Both the position numbers and the translations under genes were made by a program. Under the pieces are notes generated by a model. The model saw nothing but the letters and a program-made list of their open reading frames with translations, ran no database searches and had not been told where the DNA came from. Positions 36,124 through 45,089 of a stretch of 63,045 nt of DNA are shown piece after piece; the stretch's first letter is position 1, and the number at the start of each line of letters is the position of its first letter. The DNA is taken from assembly GCA_945877805.1 (NCBI GenBank), contig CAMCSM010000005.1:1-63045 (forward strand). The letters are read 5' to 3'. This DNA is from Methylacidiphilum caldifontis (GTDB lineage: Bacteria; Verrucomicrobiota; Verrucomicrobiia; Methylacidiphilales; CAMAQI01).

Positions 36124-39100
36124 TTATTTAATCTGAATTCTTTCATTCCGAAACAGAGCCGCCTTCAGGTGAGATTGAAGGGCTTTGATGAAGTCGTCGG
36201 CCTGCTCGGGGGTTTCCAAGTAAGAACCATTCACGAGCTCGGAGGGTTTGATGACGGTTCGAACCTTCATGACGGGGGTGGAGTCCCCTTTGCCGGAGCT
36301 TGTTTTTTTCTCCTTCAAAATCCCGGAAATTTCCGCGTAAATTTTTTCCGTGAGGTTTTCGATTTTTTCCTCGGCTTGGGCAAGGTGAGCGAGGCTCTCT
36401 TGGGAGGCGATTTGCGTTCGCAGATCATTCAGAGGGGCGAGCAATGCGTCACGGTGGGGAGCGAGCGAGGCCTGGGAGGCGATCTCTTTCTCAAGGATCG
36501 CGATTCCCTTCGTGAGTTTCTCATAGACCTTCTCCCGACGGCTAAGGATCAGGGCTTGATTGACTTGTTCCACCGTTTGGATCAGTCCATTCGCCTCTTT
36601 GATGATTTCGTAGGGGGCCTTGGCTCCGAGAATCACCGCGATCCGTTTCAGCGCCTGTGAAGCCTGAGGATCTCCCATCAAGTCCTCTTGATTGAGGATA
36701 AATCGTTGATGGGCGCCCCGAAGCTCTTCCCAATTTCGTTTTTGGTTGATGTAGAAGTGTTCAATCTGATGAACGGTTTCGGAAAGATCGAGAAGATCCT
36801 TCTTTTGATCCACAAAACGTTCCAAAAATTTAAATCCTTCGGTTTCAACGGTAAACTTCTTGAGCGAGGTGAGACTCTCTTGGATTTCCGTCGCTCCCGG
36901 GTAGTTGCCGGTATCGGCCAAAGGCTTGAACTGTCCCAGTTTTGTCTCCCATTCCCGCAACCGGGACTGGGTGAATTCAAAGAGAGAATCTTCCCCTTCA
37001 GGCCCCATTTGCGAAAAGAGCTGTTGTCCGATCGATCGGGCGGACTGAAGTTTGGCTGTATCGAGAGACTTTCTTTGGACGACGGTGATCTTTTTCCAAT
37101 TCGCTTGGGCTGAAATCTTTTCGTACACCTGCGCCGGAGAAATGGGGGCTCCATTCAAGACAAACTGGATCTCTCCCAAAACGGAGAGACGGGCGAGAAG
37201 GAGAACGGTCTCCCATTCGGGCCATCCAAAGGGGCGATTTGAAAAACGTTCCGAGGCCATCTCCTCGACGATCAAGGTCTTGCTCGTTCGGACAGAAAGA
37301 TCGATGTACTGACGAACTTCCTGAAGGGCTTGGGGATTGGATTCCTCTGTCTGGGCAATGAGCGTTTGCTGTCCGATATCGTTGCTTCGAAGAATCGCCT
37401 GAATTTCCCTGAGGGGCTCGGAGAGGACCTTGCGGATATAACTCATCTTTGGGAAAGTGTTTCGGATGAGGTAATCGAGAGCCTCATCCATCCACTGAGA
37501 GGCGGAGGAGGACTTGGATTCGACCGTCGCTCCAGCGGCGAAAAATCCGGCCCGGAGGAAGAGTTGGGTGATGAGCGTTTTGATCCGGGTTTGTCGTTGC
37601 CGGTTCTCTTCCGCCAGATCTCCGAGAATTCGTTTGGTGGCGGAGGAGATGGTCCCGTCGTTTTTATTCCGAACATAGCGATCGGTTTTGAGATAAACCC
37701 GGAGTTCACGCCCTAAGGTTTCATCATCAGGAAGGCGGATAATCAGCTGTCCTCCATCGACCGAGCTTTCGAGAATGCACTTCTCATTTTTGGCATTGGC
37801 ATAGTCCTCACCTAAGGGGGTAATAACCCGGACTTGGACCGCTCCTTCGAGTCGGTTTCCAATCGGGCGGCTGTCGCAAAAGCGATTGAAAGAAAAGTCC
37901 TTGCCGCTGGCCTTGTAACGGTGCTTGCGAATTCCGCCGAGGAGGTCCTCAAAGAGAATTTCTCCCAGCTTGCGGGATTCCTCGCCTGAATCGATGGAGG
38001 TGTTTTTAATTTCCCGGCTAATATCCCGCTCTTCGTTGGTCAGAAATTGGTAGAGATCGCCATTTCGGCTGATGAGAGTCTCTTTTTCGAGTCGGATGAG
38101 ACTGGCTTCAATCTTCTTTCTCAGGAGGTGACGGTCGGTATCGACCTGATCGACACAAAGGGTGACCAAGTTATCGACCGATCCTTTGACTTCTTCGACA
38201 TAACGGATCAGGAAGAGGACCTTCAGGATATCCATATCGAAAGGTTCGAGGGATGGATTCGTCGAAGCCTGTTCGATCGTTTTTTGGACGAAGGTATCAA
38301 GAAAGTTTTCAATGGCGGGATAAAACCGGTAAAGGGGGACTAAAATTCCGACCGATTGAGCCGAGACCTCTTTGGCCGCCGATTGAAAAGCATCGAGTAA
38401 GGAGCGTTCCCCTCGGGCCAAATGAGTTCCTGCAGCGCCTACCTTACGGATCGATTCGAATATTTTTTGAATCAACTGGAATTGATAAGGGGCAAAAGGA
38501 TAATTTTTGGCGAAGTCGGCGGGATCCTTGTAAGCATGGAAGGTCATGCCGACTTGGGTAAAAGTGAGTTGGTTTTTAATGATATCGCTTTTACTGCGGT
38601 AGAGAGTTTCAAGGTCTGCGACCACGGAGGATTTTTTGGCCAGAAGGCGGGTCTGGATCACTTCATCGACATTCGCGCTTGAAAGAGAGAGACGGTTTTT
38701 CTTGAAGCGTCCCTGAATCTTCGAAAAATCGTTCATGCGGTTCGTCGTTTGTTCTCCGAGAACGGTATCGATATCCTCTTGCGATGTGACGATCAACCAA
38801 GCTCGACCTTTACAGATCGTGCCGAGATTTTCGGTGATCGTCTGTAAATCGAGCATTTTTTGAGATTGTCCGCCGATATACTGACCGACTTCATCGGCGA
38901 GGAAAATAATGCGGTGGTGGGGTCCTTTGGCGGTGAGGTAGTCATTCACCCATTTTCCGAAATTTTCGATTGTCAGAGGGAAGTTTTTCTCGGCGTTATC
39001 GAGCCACTTCGAGGCCGATTCCAGACTTTGTCCAATGGCCTCGGAAAAGGCTTGGGCAATTTCATCGCGATGGAAATCATAGGCATCGCGTTCTTCCAAC

Positions 39101-39708
39101 CACAACTTTCCGGTCGCTTTTTGAAAGGAAGCATGGAATTTATCGAGTTGCCCTTTTTCCCGTAGATTCCGCTCCATATGGGCGATATGGGGGTGATCGG
39201 GACTGAATCCCTCCATCTGATTAAAGACCCGGAGAAAGACTTCCAAAATGGCATCTCTCGATAAGGTGGCGTTGGCTTTGCTGCTGATGTTAAAAAGGAT
39301 GACATCGGTATTCGCTTTCACCGCCTGGGTCATTTCTCCGTAAAGCAGGGAATCCTGGACTTTGGATTCAAAAAAATCGATGGGCTGTTTGGTTTGACCT
39401 TCATGAGTCACGAGCTCATTCCGAAGGAGGTAGGAGAGAACCTTGATGAAGTGGGATTTACCTGAACCAAAGAATCCGGAGACCCAGACCCCCATTTGCT
39501 CGGTGATATTCGCGTCGTGAGGATTTTTGATCGCATCAAGGTAAGAGGTAAAAAATTTATTGAGATGCTTCCGGGTCTCCGTGGTAACGACAAATTCATC
39601 CAGCTCCTGCCACACGGAGGCGGAATCCTGCTGATCGGCTTTGACGACGCCGTTGATGGGACGGGAAATTTCACGAACGAATAAGTCTTGGATGGTGAGT
39701 TTGCTCAT
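36124..39708 (-). CDS. brxC: BREX P-loop ATPase BrxC/PglY
   Basis: 'GFFGSGKSHFIKVLSYLL', length 1194 aa, and position between brxB and pglX. Confidence 0.9.
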   Translation of the reverse strand: MSKLTIQDLFVREISRPINGVVKADQQDSASVWQELDEFVVTTETRKHLNKFFTSYLDAIKNPHDANITEQMGVWVSGFFGSGKSHFIKVLSYLLRNELVTHEGQTKQPIDFFESKVQDSLLYGEMTQAVKANTDVILFNISSKANATLSRDAILEVFLRVFNQMEGFSPDHPHIAHMERNLREKGQLDKFHASFQKATGKLWLEERDAYDFHRDEIAQAFSEAIGQSLESASKWLDNAEKNFPLTIENFGKWVNDYLTAKGPHHRIIFLADEVGQYIGGQSQKMLDLQTITENLGTICKGRAWLIVTSQEDIDTVLGEQTTNRMNDFSKIQGRFKKNRLSLSSANVDEVIQTRLLAKKSSVVADLETLYRSKSDIIKNQLTFTQVGMTFHAYKDPADFAKNYPFAPYQFQLIQKIFESIRKVGAAGTHLARGERSLLDAFQSAAKEVSAQSVGILVPLYRFYPAIENFLDTFVQKTIEQASTNPSLEPFDMDILKVLFLIRYVEEVKGSVDNLVTLCVDQVDTDRHLLRKKIEASLIRLEKETLISRNGDLYQFLTNEERDISREIKNTSIDSGEESRKLGEILFEDLLGGIRKHRYKASGKDFSFNRFCDSRPIGNRLEGAVQVRVITPLGEDYANAKNEKCILESSVDGGQLIIRLPDDETLGRELRVYLKTDRYVRNKNDGTISSATKRILGDLAEENRQRQTRIKTLITQLFLRAGFFAAGATVESKSSSASQWMDEALDYLIRNTFPKMSYIRKVLSEPLREIQAILRSNDIGQQTLIAQTEESNPQALQEVRQYIDLSVRTSKTLIVEEMASERFSNRPFGWPEWETVLLLARLSVLGEIQFVLNGAPISPAQVYEKISAQANWKKITVVQRKSLDTAKLQSARSIGQQLFSQMGPEGEDSLFEFTQSRLREWETKLGQFKPLADTGNYPGATEIQESLTSLKKFTVETEGFKFLERFVDQKKDLLDLSETVHQIEHFYINQKRNWEELRGAHQRFILNQEDLMGDPQASQALKRIAVILGAKAPYEIIKEANGLIQTVEQVNQALILSRREKVYEKLTKGIAILEKEIASQASLAPHRDALLAPLNDLRTQIASQESLAHLAQAEEKIENLTEKIYAEISGILKEKKTSSGKGDSTPVMKVRTVIKPSELVNGSYLETPEQADDFIKALQSHLKAALFRNERIQIK

Positions 39709-39713
39709 AATAA

Positions 39714-40286
39714 TCAGGGGATGAGGCGGAAGGCCCGGTAGTAGTTATTGCTTTCAATGGTTCCAAAGAGTTTAAGGGATTTACCGTCGTATTCCCCAGG
39801 ATAAAAAAGAATCACAGGTATTTTATCGAGATGGGAGTGGAGACTTTCAAAAAGACTATGTCCGCGGATCAAGGGATAGACGGGACCGATGCCGGTCAGA
39901 AAAACAAGGGAGGGGGAAGATTCCATGACTTTTTGAGCGATCAAAGGAGCAAGTTTGTCCTCCTTTAATCGACCTGAGAGGGCCTTGAGGAGAGCGGCAT
40001 CCCCCTCTTTTTTCTGTTTTTCGATGGATTTATCCAAAAGTCCCGCCGATTGAAGATACTCGATTGTGAACTTCCATAAATCGAGATGGAAAATCTTCAG
40101 TCCTGGGCGTTTTTTTGGGCCATGCTCCAACAGGAAAGAGAGGTGTTGGCGCATCGCCTGTTCTTCCTTGGGAGGGTAATCAAAAATATGAAAAGAGATT
40201 TCATTACCGAGACCTCGGCTCTCGAGAAAGCCATCGGAAGTGATCTTCTCTAGGATTAGATTTAAACGTTCTTGAAAAGGGGTCAT
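39714..40286 (-). CDS. brxB: BREX protein BrxB (DUF1788)
   Basis: 'ISFHIFDYPPKEEQAMRQHL', size 190 aa, 4-nt overlap with brxA. Confidence 0.85.
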   Translation of the reverse strand: MTPFQERLNLILEKITSDGFLESRGLGNEISFHIFDYPPKEEQAMRQHLSFLLEHGPKKRPGLKIFHLDLWKFTIEYLQSAGLLDKSIEKQKKEGDAALLKALSGRLKEDKLAPLIAQKVMESSPSLVFLTGIGPVYPLIRGHSLFESLHSHLDKIPVILFYPGEYDGKSLKLFGTIESNNYYRAFRLIP

Positions 40287-40930
40287 GGCGGTAAAAGGAT
40301 TGTTTTCAGGATTCCGTTCTCCTGTTTATGTTTGAGATACTCGATCAATTCCGGCTCAAATAATGGCCTCTGGAGAAGCATCTCCCGGGTATTGTTGAGA
40401 TAACCCGCCTGCTGAAGAATCTGAAAGACGCTGGAAGAGAGTCGGCGAACCGTCTCGGGGCTCCACGATAAAACCGATTCATCCCGGCCTGAGCAATCTT
40501 CGATGAAATGGTTAAAATCTTTTTTCGTAAGCTCCTTGGAGAAAGATCTTAACCGCTCTTGGAGGCAAAGTCGGATGAAGTCGGAAAGAAGTCGGCTATG
40601 CTTCATTGCACAAGCGAAGAGGGCTTGAGTTGAAAGCGAGAGAGAGCCGTCCCGAACCATAATCCAGAGGGTTCGATCCATGGTTTCAAGACGCTGCCGT
40701 AAAAGTCTCACAAGCCTTTGGGTGGTGTTTGGATTTTTGGATTTCAGCACGTTTTCCTGATAGAAAGCTTGCTTCCATCTTTCATCAGAGACCTCTTCCA
40801 AAAGCAGTCCCGCAACAATACGACTTTCGGAAACTTTCAGCGAACCGGCCGTGAGATCAGCACGATAGACGTTCGCAGACGGGGCTTTCACCACGCCTTC
40901 TTTAGTCGATAATGTTTTTGAATAGGTCAT
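40283..40930 (-). CDS. brxA: BREX protein BrxA (DUF1819)
   Basis: 'YRADLTAGSLKVSESRIVAGLLL', size 215 aa, first gene of the array. Confidence 0.85.
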   Translation of the reverse strand: MTYSKTLSTKEGVVKAPSANVYRADLTAGSLKVSESRIVAGLLLEEVSDERWKQAFYQENVLKSKNPNTTQRLVRLLRQRLETMDRTLWIMVRDGSLSLSTQALFACAMKHSRLLSDFIRLCLQERLRSFSKELTKKDFNHFIEDCSGRDESVLSWSPETVRRLSSSVFQILQQAGYLNNTREMLLQRPLFEPELIEYLKHKQENGILKTILLPP

Positions 40931-41241
40931 ATTTCTGATCGAGTAAACTTTTTTTCTCTCTCATATCTACCAATGCTTTGCGTAAATAAAAGTGATTTAT
41001 GGAAAAAGAAAAGGACACTTTAGAAGGAGGTATTTCTAAAATTAAAAAAGACTTTTTGCCACTCATTTATCATCACAGTTCCTACTTCGGTTATCTCTTC
41101 CTCTTCTGTATTGCAGCCAAGATCGGAAGAAGAAGCTTTGGTGGAAACTGTTTTCGCTCCATGCCAATCGGCGGTATGAAGAAAGTGTGTAGTCATAAGC
41201 AAATCCTATCAGAGGCCCTCGGACATTGATAGGGGGATGGG

Positions 41242-43392
41242 TTAATTCGCTTCTGGCTTAATAATTTTCAAGAATCTCGATGCGGGCTTTTTTTGATCTG
41301 ATATCAAATAAAGACGGTTTCGGCATCTCGTCATCGCGACGTAAAGCTTAAGAGCATCCCTCCATTCTTCAATTTGGTTGGGATCAGGGCATATCCCTTC
41401 GTTTAAATCGATTAGAATAACACAGCCAAATTCAAAGCCTTTTGCGGACTGAAAGTCCGATACAACCACTGGCTTATCAATATTAAGAAAGTTCTCTGAA
41501 AGCTCTAAGCCATTGATCGCATCGGGATAAGGATTTCCTTCCAGAATTTCGGAAATAATGGCTTGATTTTGGGAAGGATGTAAAATCGCCACATTGCTTT
41601 GGGGGTCATGTTCGAACCATTGATTCGCAATTGACCATGCTTCAGTGATAGGATTATCGGAGTTTATGATCTCTGGATAATCCCCTTCAGCAGTTGCGTG
41701 CTCCGGCGATAAAAGCTCGATTTCATCATCCTCTTTTAATTCAGGATAGGCGTCAAGTAAACGACTGGATGATTCCAAAACTCTTTTTGGGTTTCGGTAG
41801 TTCTTTTTAAGGGTAAATGTTCGACGTCCCTTTCGACCGAGTCCCGCATTGTAAAGCTTTCCATCCTTTACAAAGACTTGTTGCCAAGGATCACCTGCAA
41901 GAAAGAGGGAATTCTCTTCACGATAGCAAAGGGCTTTCATGATTTTAAAGTCAAGAGTCGATAAATCTTGATACTCATCAACAAGTAAGCTCCGAAATTT
42001 ACATTCATGTGTGAGTCCATTTCCATCAACCGACAGTCTTTCAATGGCGTGAATGACCGCCTGCGTGAGAAATAGTTCGTCGGAGATATGATGGAGCAGC
42101 AGCCAAACCTCATAACGAACGGTCAAATCCAAAATCTGTACACGTTCTCTATTATTAAATTTAATAAGACGTCCACGTCGCTTGTAACGCAGGTAATCTT
42201 TTCGCGTTTGAATAGAAAAAGTACTTCGGATCAAATCTGTTTCTTGCTTCAAATACGAACTGAGATTTAAACCTTTTTTATTCAAGCGCCTTTCAATCGA
42301 TCTTTTAAATTCACCCTCTCGAAAATCAAAATTCACATGGGCATCCCAAAAATTTATCCATGCCTCGGAAATATTATGAAATATATATCTTCGCTCTCTT
42401 GGTGTTACAGGAACAGTTATTTGATTGCAGAAATTTTTAGCCGCGTGAATGGCATTTGTTACATCCTCTCCTTGGTTTGCGGCTGTTGCAAAATCTCTTA
42501 GAAATGGTTCAACGTCAGCTATTTTTAAAATCTTTTTGTATAAATCATAAATGCAATATGATCTTAAATTGGGGGATTGACCCTTATGCGCGGCCAATCG
42601 TGAGATTAAATGGGCCAGATTTCTATTTAAAGTGACAATAGCAATACGTTCATTTGGGTATTGATGAGCAAGACGCAGCGCTCGATGAACGATGATTGAG
42701 GTTTTGCCTGATCCCGCAACGCCATTTAAAACAGCAGGCATATCGACATCTTCATCCACAATAGGCTTTTGAGAAGGATCGAGATAAAGCAGCCAATCAA
42801 TAAATTTACCAGATACAAACATTTGGTTGACTAGCCCAATGTTCTCCTGTGAAACGAGCAGTATATTTCCGCTATTTGCATCACTCGATGCAGCTTTTTC
42901 AATCCTTTCGCTTCCCAGATTTTCGCATAATTCTGCTTTGTTTTGGTGTAAATCAAATGTAGCAATAGCCCCTTTTACGTCTCCGCGTTTTAAAGAAATA
43001 AGAGCGGAAAGAATTAAATCCGAAATCTTAGGAAATGAGAAAGAATTTTTAAGTAAAATATCATTAATTTCATTCTCGTCCGTAAAATGATCCCAATATA
43101 GTATGGCGCTCTTAAATTCAGGGCATTCGACTGCATCATCGACTCGATCTTTAATGGGTTCGAAGAGTTTTTTCTCGGCAGTTTCGATCGATGTTAAAGC
43201 GGCCGGGTTTAGAGAATATTTAACGGTTGGTGCGTTCGTCGCTGGTACCGATTGAATGAAGCGTATTTCCTTCGTCTCTTTGGAAACAACCGGCGTTAAG
43301 TCTCGATGCGCCTCTATCCAATGTTCAGATTCCTCGTGATCACCGAACAAATAAAAGCACTCTCCTCGTATTGAAGTGTCAGAAAGCGACAT
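41242..43392 (-). CDS. UvrD/REP-like superfamily 1 helicase (probably the 3' part of a frameshifted longer gene)
   Basis: Walker A 'GVAGSGKTS', 'LLVDEYQDLS', 'LKKNYRNP', 'AKGFEFGCVILID', 'LYVAMTRCRNRLYL'. Confidence 0.8.
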   Translation of the reverse strand: MSLSDTSIRGECFYLFGDHEESEHWIEAHRDLTPVVSKETKEIRFIQSVPATNAPTVKYSLNPAALTSIETAEKKLFEPIKDRVDDAVECPEFKSAILYWDHFTDENEINDILLKNSFSFPKISDLILSALISLKRGDVKGAIATFDLHQNKAELCENLGSERIEKAASSDANSGNILLVSQENIGLVNQMFVSGKFIDWLLYLDPSQKPIVDEDVDMPAVLNGVAGSGKTSIIVHRALRLAHQYPNERIAIVTLNRNLAHLISRLAAHKGQSPNLRSYCIYDLYKKILKIADVEPFLRDFATAANQGEDVTNAIHAAKNFCNQITVPVTPRERRYIFHNISEAWINFWDAHVNFDFREGEFKRSIERRLNKKGLNLSSYLKQETDLIRSTFSIQTRKDYLRYKRRGRLIKFNNRERVQILDLTVRYEVWLLLHHISDELFLTQAVIHAIERLSVDGNGLTHECKFRSLLVDEYQDLSTLDFKIMKALCYREENSLFLAGDPWQQVFVKDGKLYNAGLGRKGRRTFTLKKNYRNPKRVLESSSRLLDAYPELKEDDEIELLSPEHATAEGDYPEIINSDNPITEAWSIANQWFEHDPQSNVAILHPSQNQAIISEILEGNPYPDAINGLELSENFLNIDKPVVVSDFQSAKGFEFGCVILIDLNEGICPDPNQIEEWRDALKLYVAMTRCRNRLYLISDQKKPASRFLKIIKPEAN

Positions 43393-43619
43393 CCTCCACC
43401 TAAATCGTATTTGTAAGCGTTTTTAATGCGACTTTCACCATGTCGTGTTAATCGTATTGAAGGCGAGACCCCAAGCCCAATTTCCCCAATAAACTGCAAT
43501 GCTTTTTCAGCGGCATTTCTTTTAAAGCCACCTGCGCGTTTCATCGATTCAATGGATTTCACCAATTGTCGGTGATGACTTTTTTCGAGTATTATGGTTT
43601 TGGGTTCCATCCTATTCAC
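43314..43619 (-). CDS. 101-aa ORF with a RelE/ParE-like motif; likely the displaced N-terminus of the helicase gene
   Basis: 'HGESRIKNAYKYDLGGGCRFLTLQ' continues naturally as 'IRGECFYLFGDHEESEHWI' in the overlapping helicase frame (79-nt overlap). Confidence 0.5.
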   Translation of the reverse strand: MNRMEPKTIILEKSHHRQLVKSIESMKRAGGFKRNAAEKALQFIGEIGLGVSPSIRLTRHGESRIKNAYKYDLGGGCRFLTLQYEESAFICSVITRNLNIG

Positions 43620-43696
43620 TTATTCCTATGCTGCGTGAAGTGGTGAATTTTTGCAATCTTGTACTCCTCGATTTAATTGCAATTTTAAACAGCCGG

Positions 43697-43957
43697 TCAG
43701 AATTCATCACTCAATCGGGGCTCCCCTAATAATCGAACAATCTCGTCATCCTTTTTTTGCACAAACAGGACGCATTTCTGGTCCTGTGCCATTTGAAGTA
43801 GCTCCTCCTCGGAAAAGATGGCATGGACCTGTTTTTGGCAGTGGTCACAAAACCGGATGAGGGGGTTCTCGGTCTTATTCAATTTTGTCCACTCTTTCGG
43901 GCAAAGGTGGATGGTGCAGTTTTGAATGCGATAACTGTTTTCAGGAGTATATTCCAT
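43697..43957 (-). CDS. Small Cys-rich (zinc-ribbon-like) protein, 86 aa
   Basis: 'NCTIHLCPKEW...FCDHCQKQV' gives a Cx4C...CxxC pattern. ATG 43957 overlaps the TGA of a 9-codon upstream mini-ORF. Confidence 0.5.
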   Translation of the reverse strand: MEYTPENSYRIQNCTIHLCPKEWTKLNKTENPLIRFCDHCQKQVHAIFSEEELLQMAQDQKCVLFVQKKDDEIVRLLGEPRLSDEF

Positions 43958-44018
43958 CACCCCATGATAGCCAGCTCATGGGACATTGGCAGGGTGAGGG
44001 TAGAAGATCATTTAAAGG
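43910..44018. repeat. Copy 1 of a ~110-bp direct repeat (leader + first 17 codons of the 86-aa gene)
   Basis: gatggtgcagttttgaatgcgataactgttttcaggagtatattccatcaccccatgatagccagctcatgggacattggcaggg... is near-identical to 45966-46077. Confidence 0.9.
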
Positions 44019-44072
44019 CATCGTCTCTCGCCAAGGCTCAAAGCTTTCAAAGGAATACCTAAATCCCCCCTA

Positions 44073-44220
44073 AAGCCTGAGTCTCTGAAAACCGTTTCAA
44101 TGGAATTGAAAGCGCCTGACGATGAATGCGGTTCTCTTGAAAGAAGTCTCTTTCAAAGAAACCGCATTTCATCGCCAGGGGCGGGGTTCATCACCCCGTC
44201 GTTTCCTGAGACTCAGGCTT
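44073..44220. repeat. Nested inverted repeats (possible structured RNA or MITE-like element)
   Basis: A perfect 13-bp outer stem (aagcctgagtctc at 44073-85, gagactcaggctt at 44208-20) encloses an imperfect 9+8-bp hairpin (44125-44168) and a GC hairpin (about 44181-44200). Confidence 0.5.
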
Positions 44221-44439
44221 TTCTTCCTGTTTTTTCAGAAGGGAGGGAACCTTGGGAGACTTGGAGCCTTCGTGAGAGGAAATGTATTAAGTTTTTAGTT
44301 TCCGCAATTCTTTTTCATTTTCTGAATCGAATGGCGGACTTTTTCAATGAGTTCGGTGGGGGCTGGTCACTTGGGAGTGTTTCCCCCCCAGTCGCATGAC
44401 CCGTGGCGACGAACGATTCGACTGGACGGTGTTATTTTT

Positions 44440-44467
44440 TTAAGTATCTTGGCTTTAACTTACTTAA
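44440..44467 (+). promoter_or_regulatory. Possible abiEi operator/promoter inverted repeat
   Basis: ttaagta-N14-tacttaa lies 11 nt upstream of the abiEi ATG in an AT-rich stretch. AbiEi proteins are known autoregulators that bind inverted repeats. Confidence 0.3.
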
Positions 44468-44477
44468 ATAAAAAACA

Positions 44478-45089
44478 ATGCCCCTCACGAAACAGGATCA
44501 ACTTCTTGCACTCGCCGGTCGCCATGCGCTCATTAGCGAGCAGGATATCCAGCGCTCAGGCATCAGGAGCACCACGGTCAGCCGGGCCGTGAAGGCGGGT
44601 CTGCTGGAGCGTCTCAACCGGGGACTTTACCGCCTCCCGGACGCTCCTTGGGACGAGCATCTCAATCTCTCCGAAGTTGCAGCCCGTGTGCCCCGTGCGG
44701 TGATCGTGCTGGTCAGCGCTTTGCAATTCCACCGGATCGGCACTCACCAAGCCCATTCAGTGAACATCCTTCTGCGCAACAACGCTGTCGCCCCACGACT
44801 CAGCTACCCGCCCATTGAGGTTTTTAAGTCGGGCATCGAAGCCGCCTTTACCGAAGGGGTTGAGATCCATCGGCTCAACGACATTGAGGTTCCCATCACC
44901 GACCCCGCGCGCACCGTGGTCGATTGCTTCAAATACCGCAGCCGTCTCGGATTGGATCTCTGCCTCGAGGCGCTCAAAGAGGGACTTCGCGCCCGGGAAC
45001 ACAGAATCAAGCCAGCCCGGATTATGGAACTTGCCAAGCTCCAGCACGTGAGCACCGTCATCCGGCCCTACCTCGAAAGTCTGATCTGA
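44478..45089 (+). CDS. abiEi: Type IV toxin-antitoxin system antitoxin AbiEi
   Basis: 'GIRSTTVSRAVKAGLLERLNRGLYRL', 'SALQFHRIG', and a TGATG overlap with the next gene. Confidence 0.85.
   Translation: MPLTKQDQLLALAGRHALISEQDIQRSGIRSTTVSRAVKAGLLERLNRGLYRLPDAPWDEHLNLSEVAARVPRAVIVLVSALQFHRIGTHQAHSVNILLRNNAVAPRLSYPPIEVFKSGIEAAFTEGVEIHRLNDIEVPITDPARTVVDCFKYRSRLGLDLCLEALKEGLRAREHRIKPARIMELAKLQHVSTVIRPYLESLI

Larger units (their letters stand above)
22598..40930 (-). other. Type 1 BREX locus (brxA-brxB-brxC-[regulator]-pglX(N)-[Shedu-like]-pglX(C)-[ATPase+DUF4276]-[regulator remnant]-pglZ-brxL)
   Basis: All six canonical type 1 genes are recognised by motif and order. The 12 co-directional ORFs have intergenic gaps of -4 to +14 nt, except one 64-nt gap. 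Confidence 0.9.

Noticed and set aside
41020-41202. A 60-aa minus-strand ORF starting 'MLMTTHFLHTADWHG', reminiscent of the SbcD/Mre11 N-terminal motif (LHTSDWHLG), in the brxA upstream region.
   Set aside because: Only about 6 residues match, and the remainder does not resemble a metallophosphoesterase. It could be a tiny gene remnant, but chance similarity cannot be excluded without a search.
44100-44399. A 99-aa + strand ORF upstream of abiEi.
   Set aside because: It has no SD and no recognisable motif, and it overlaps the nested inverted-repeat structure. It is more likely non-coding.
44924-45088. The ORF-track N-terminal extension of abiEii (start 44924), overlapping abiEi by 165 nt.
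   Set aside because: The extension is Pro/Arg/Gly-rich out-of-frame abiEi sequence. ATG 45089 gives the canonical TGATG coupling and a family-typical N-terminus.
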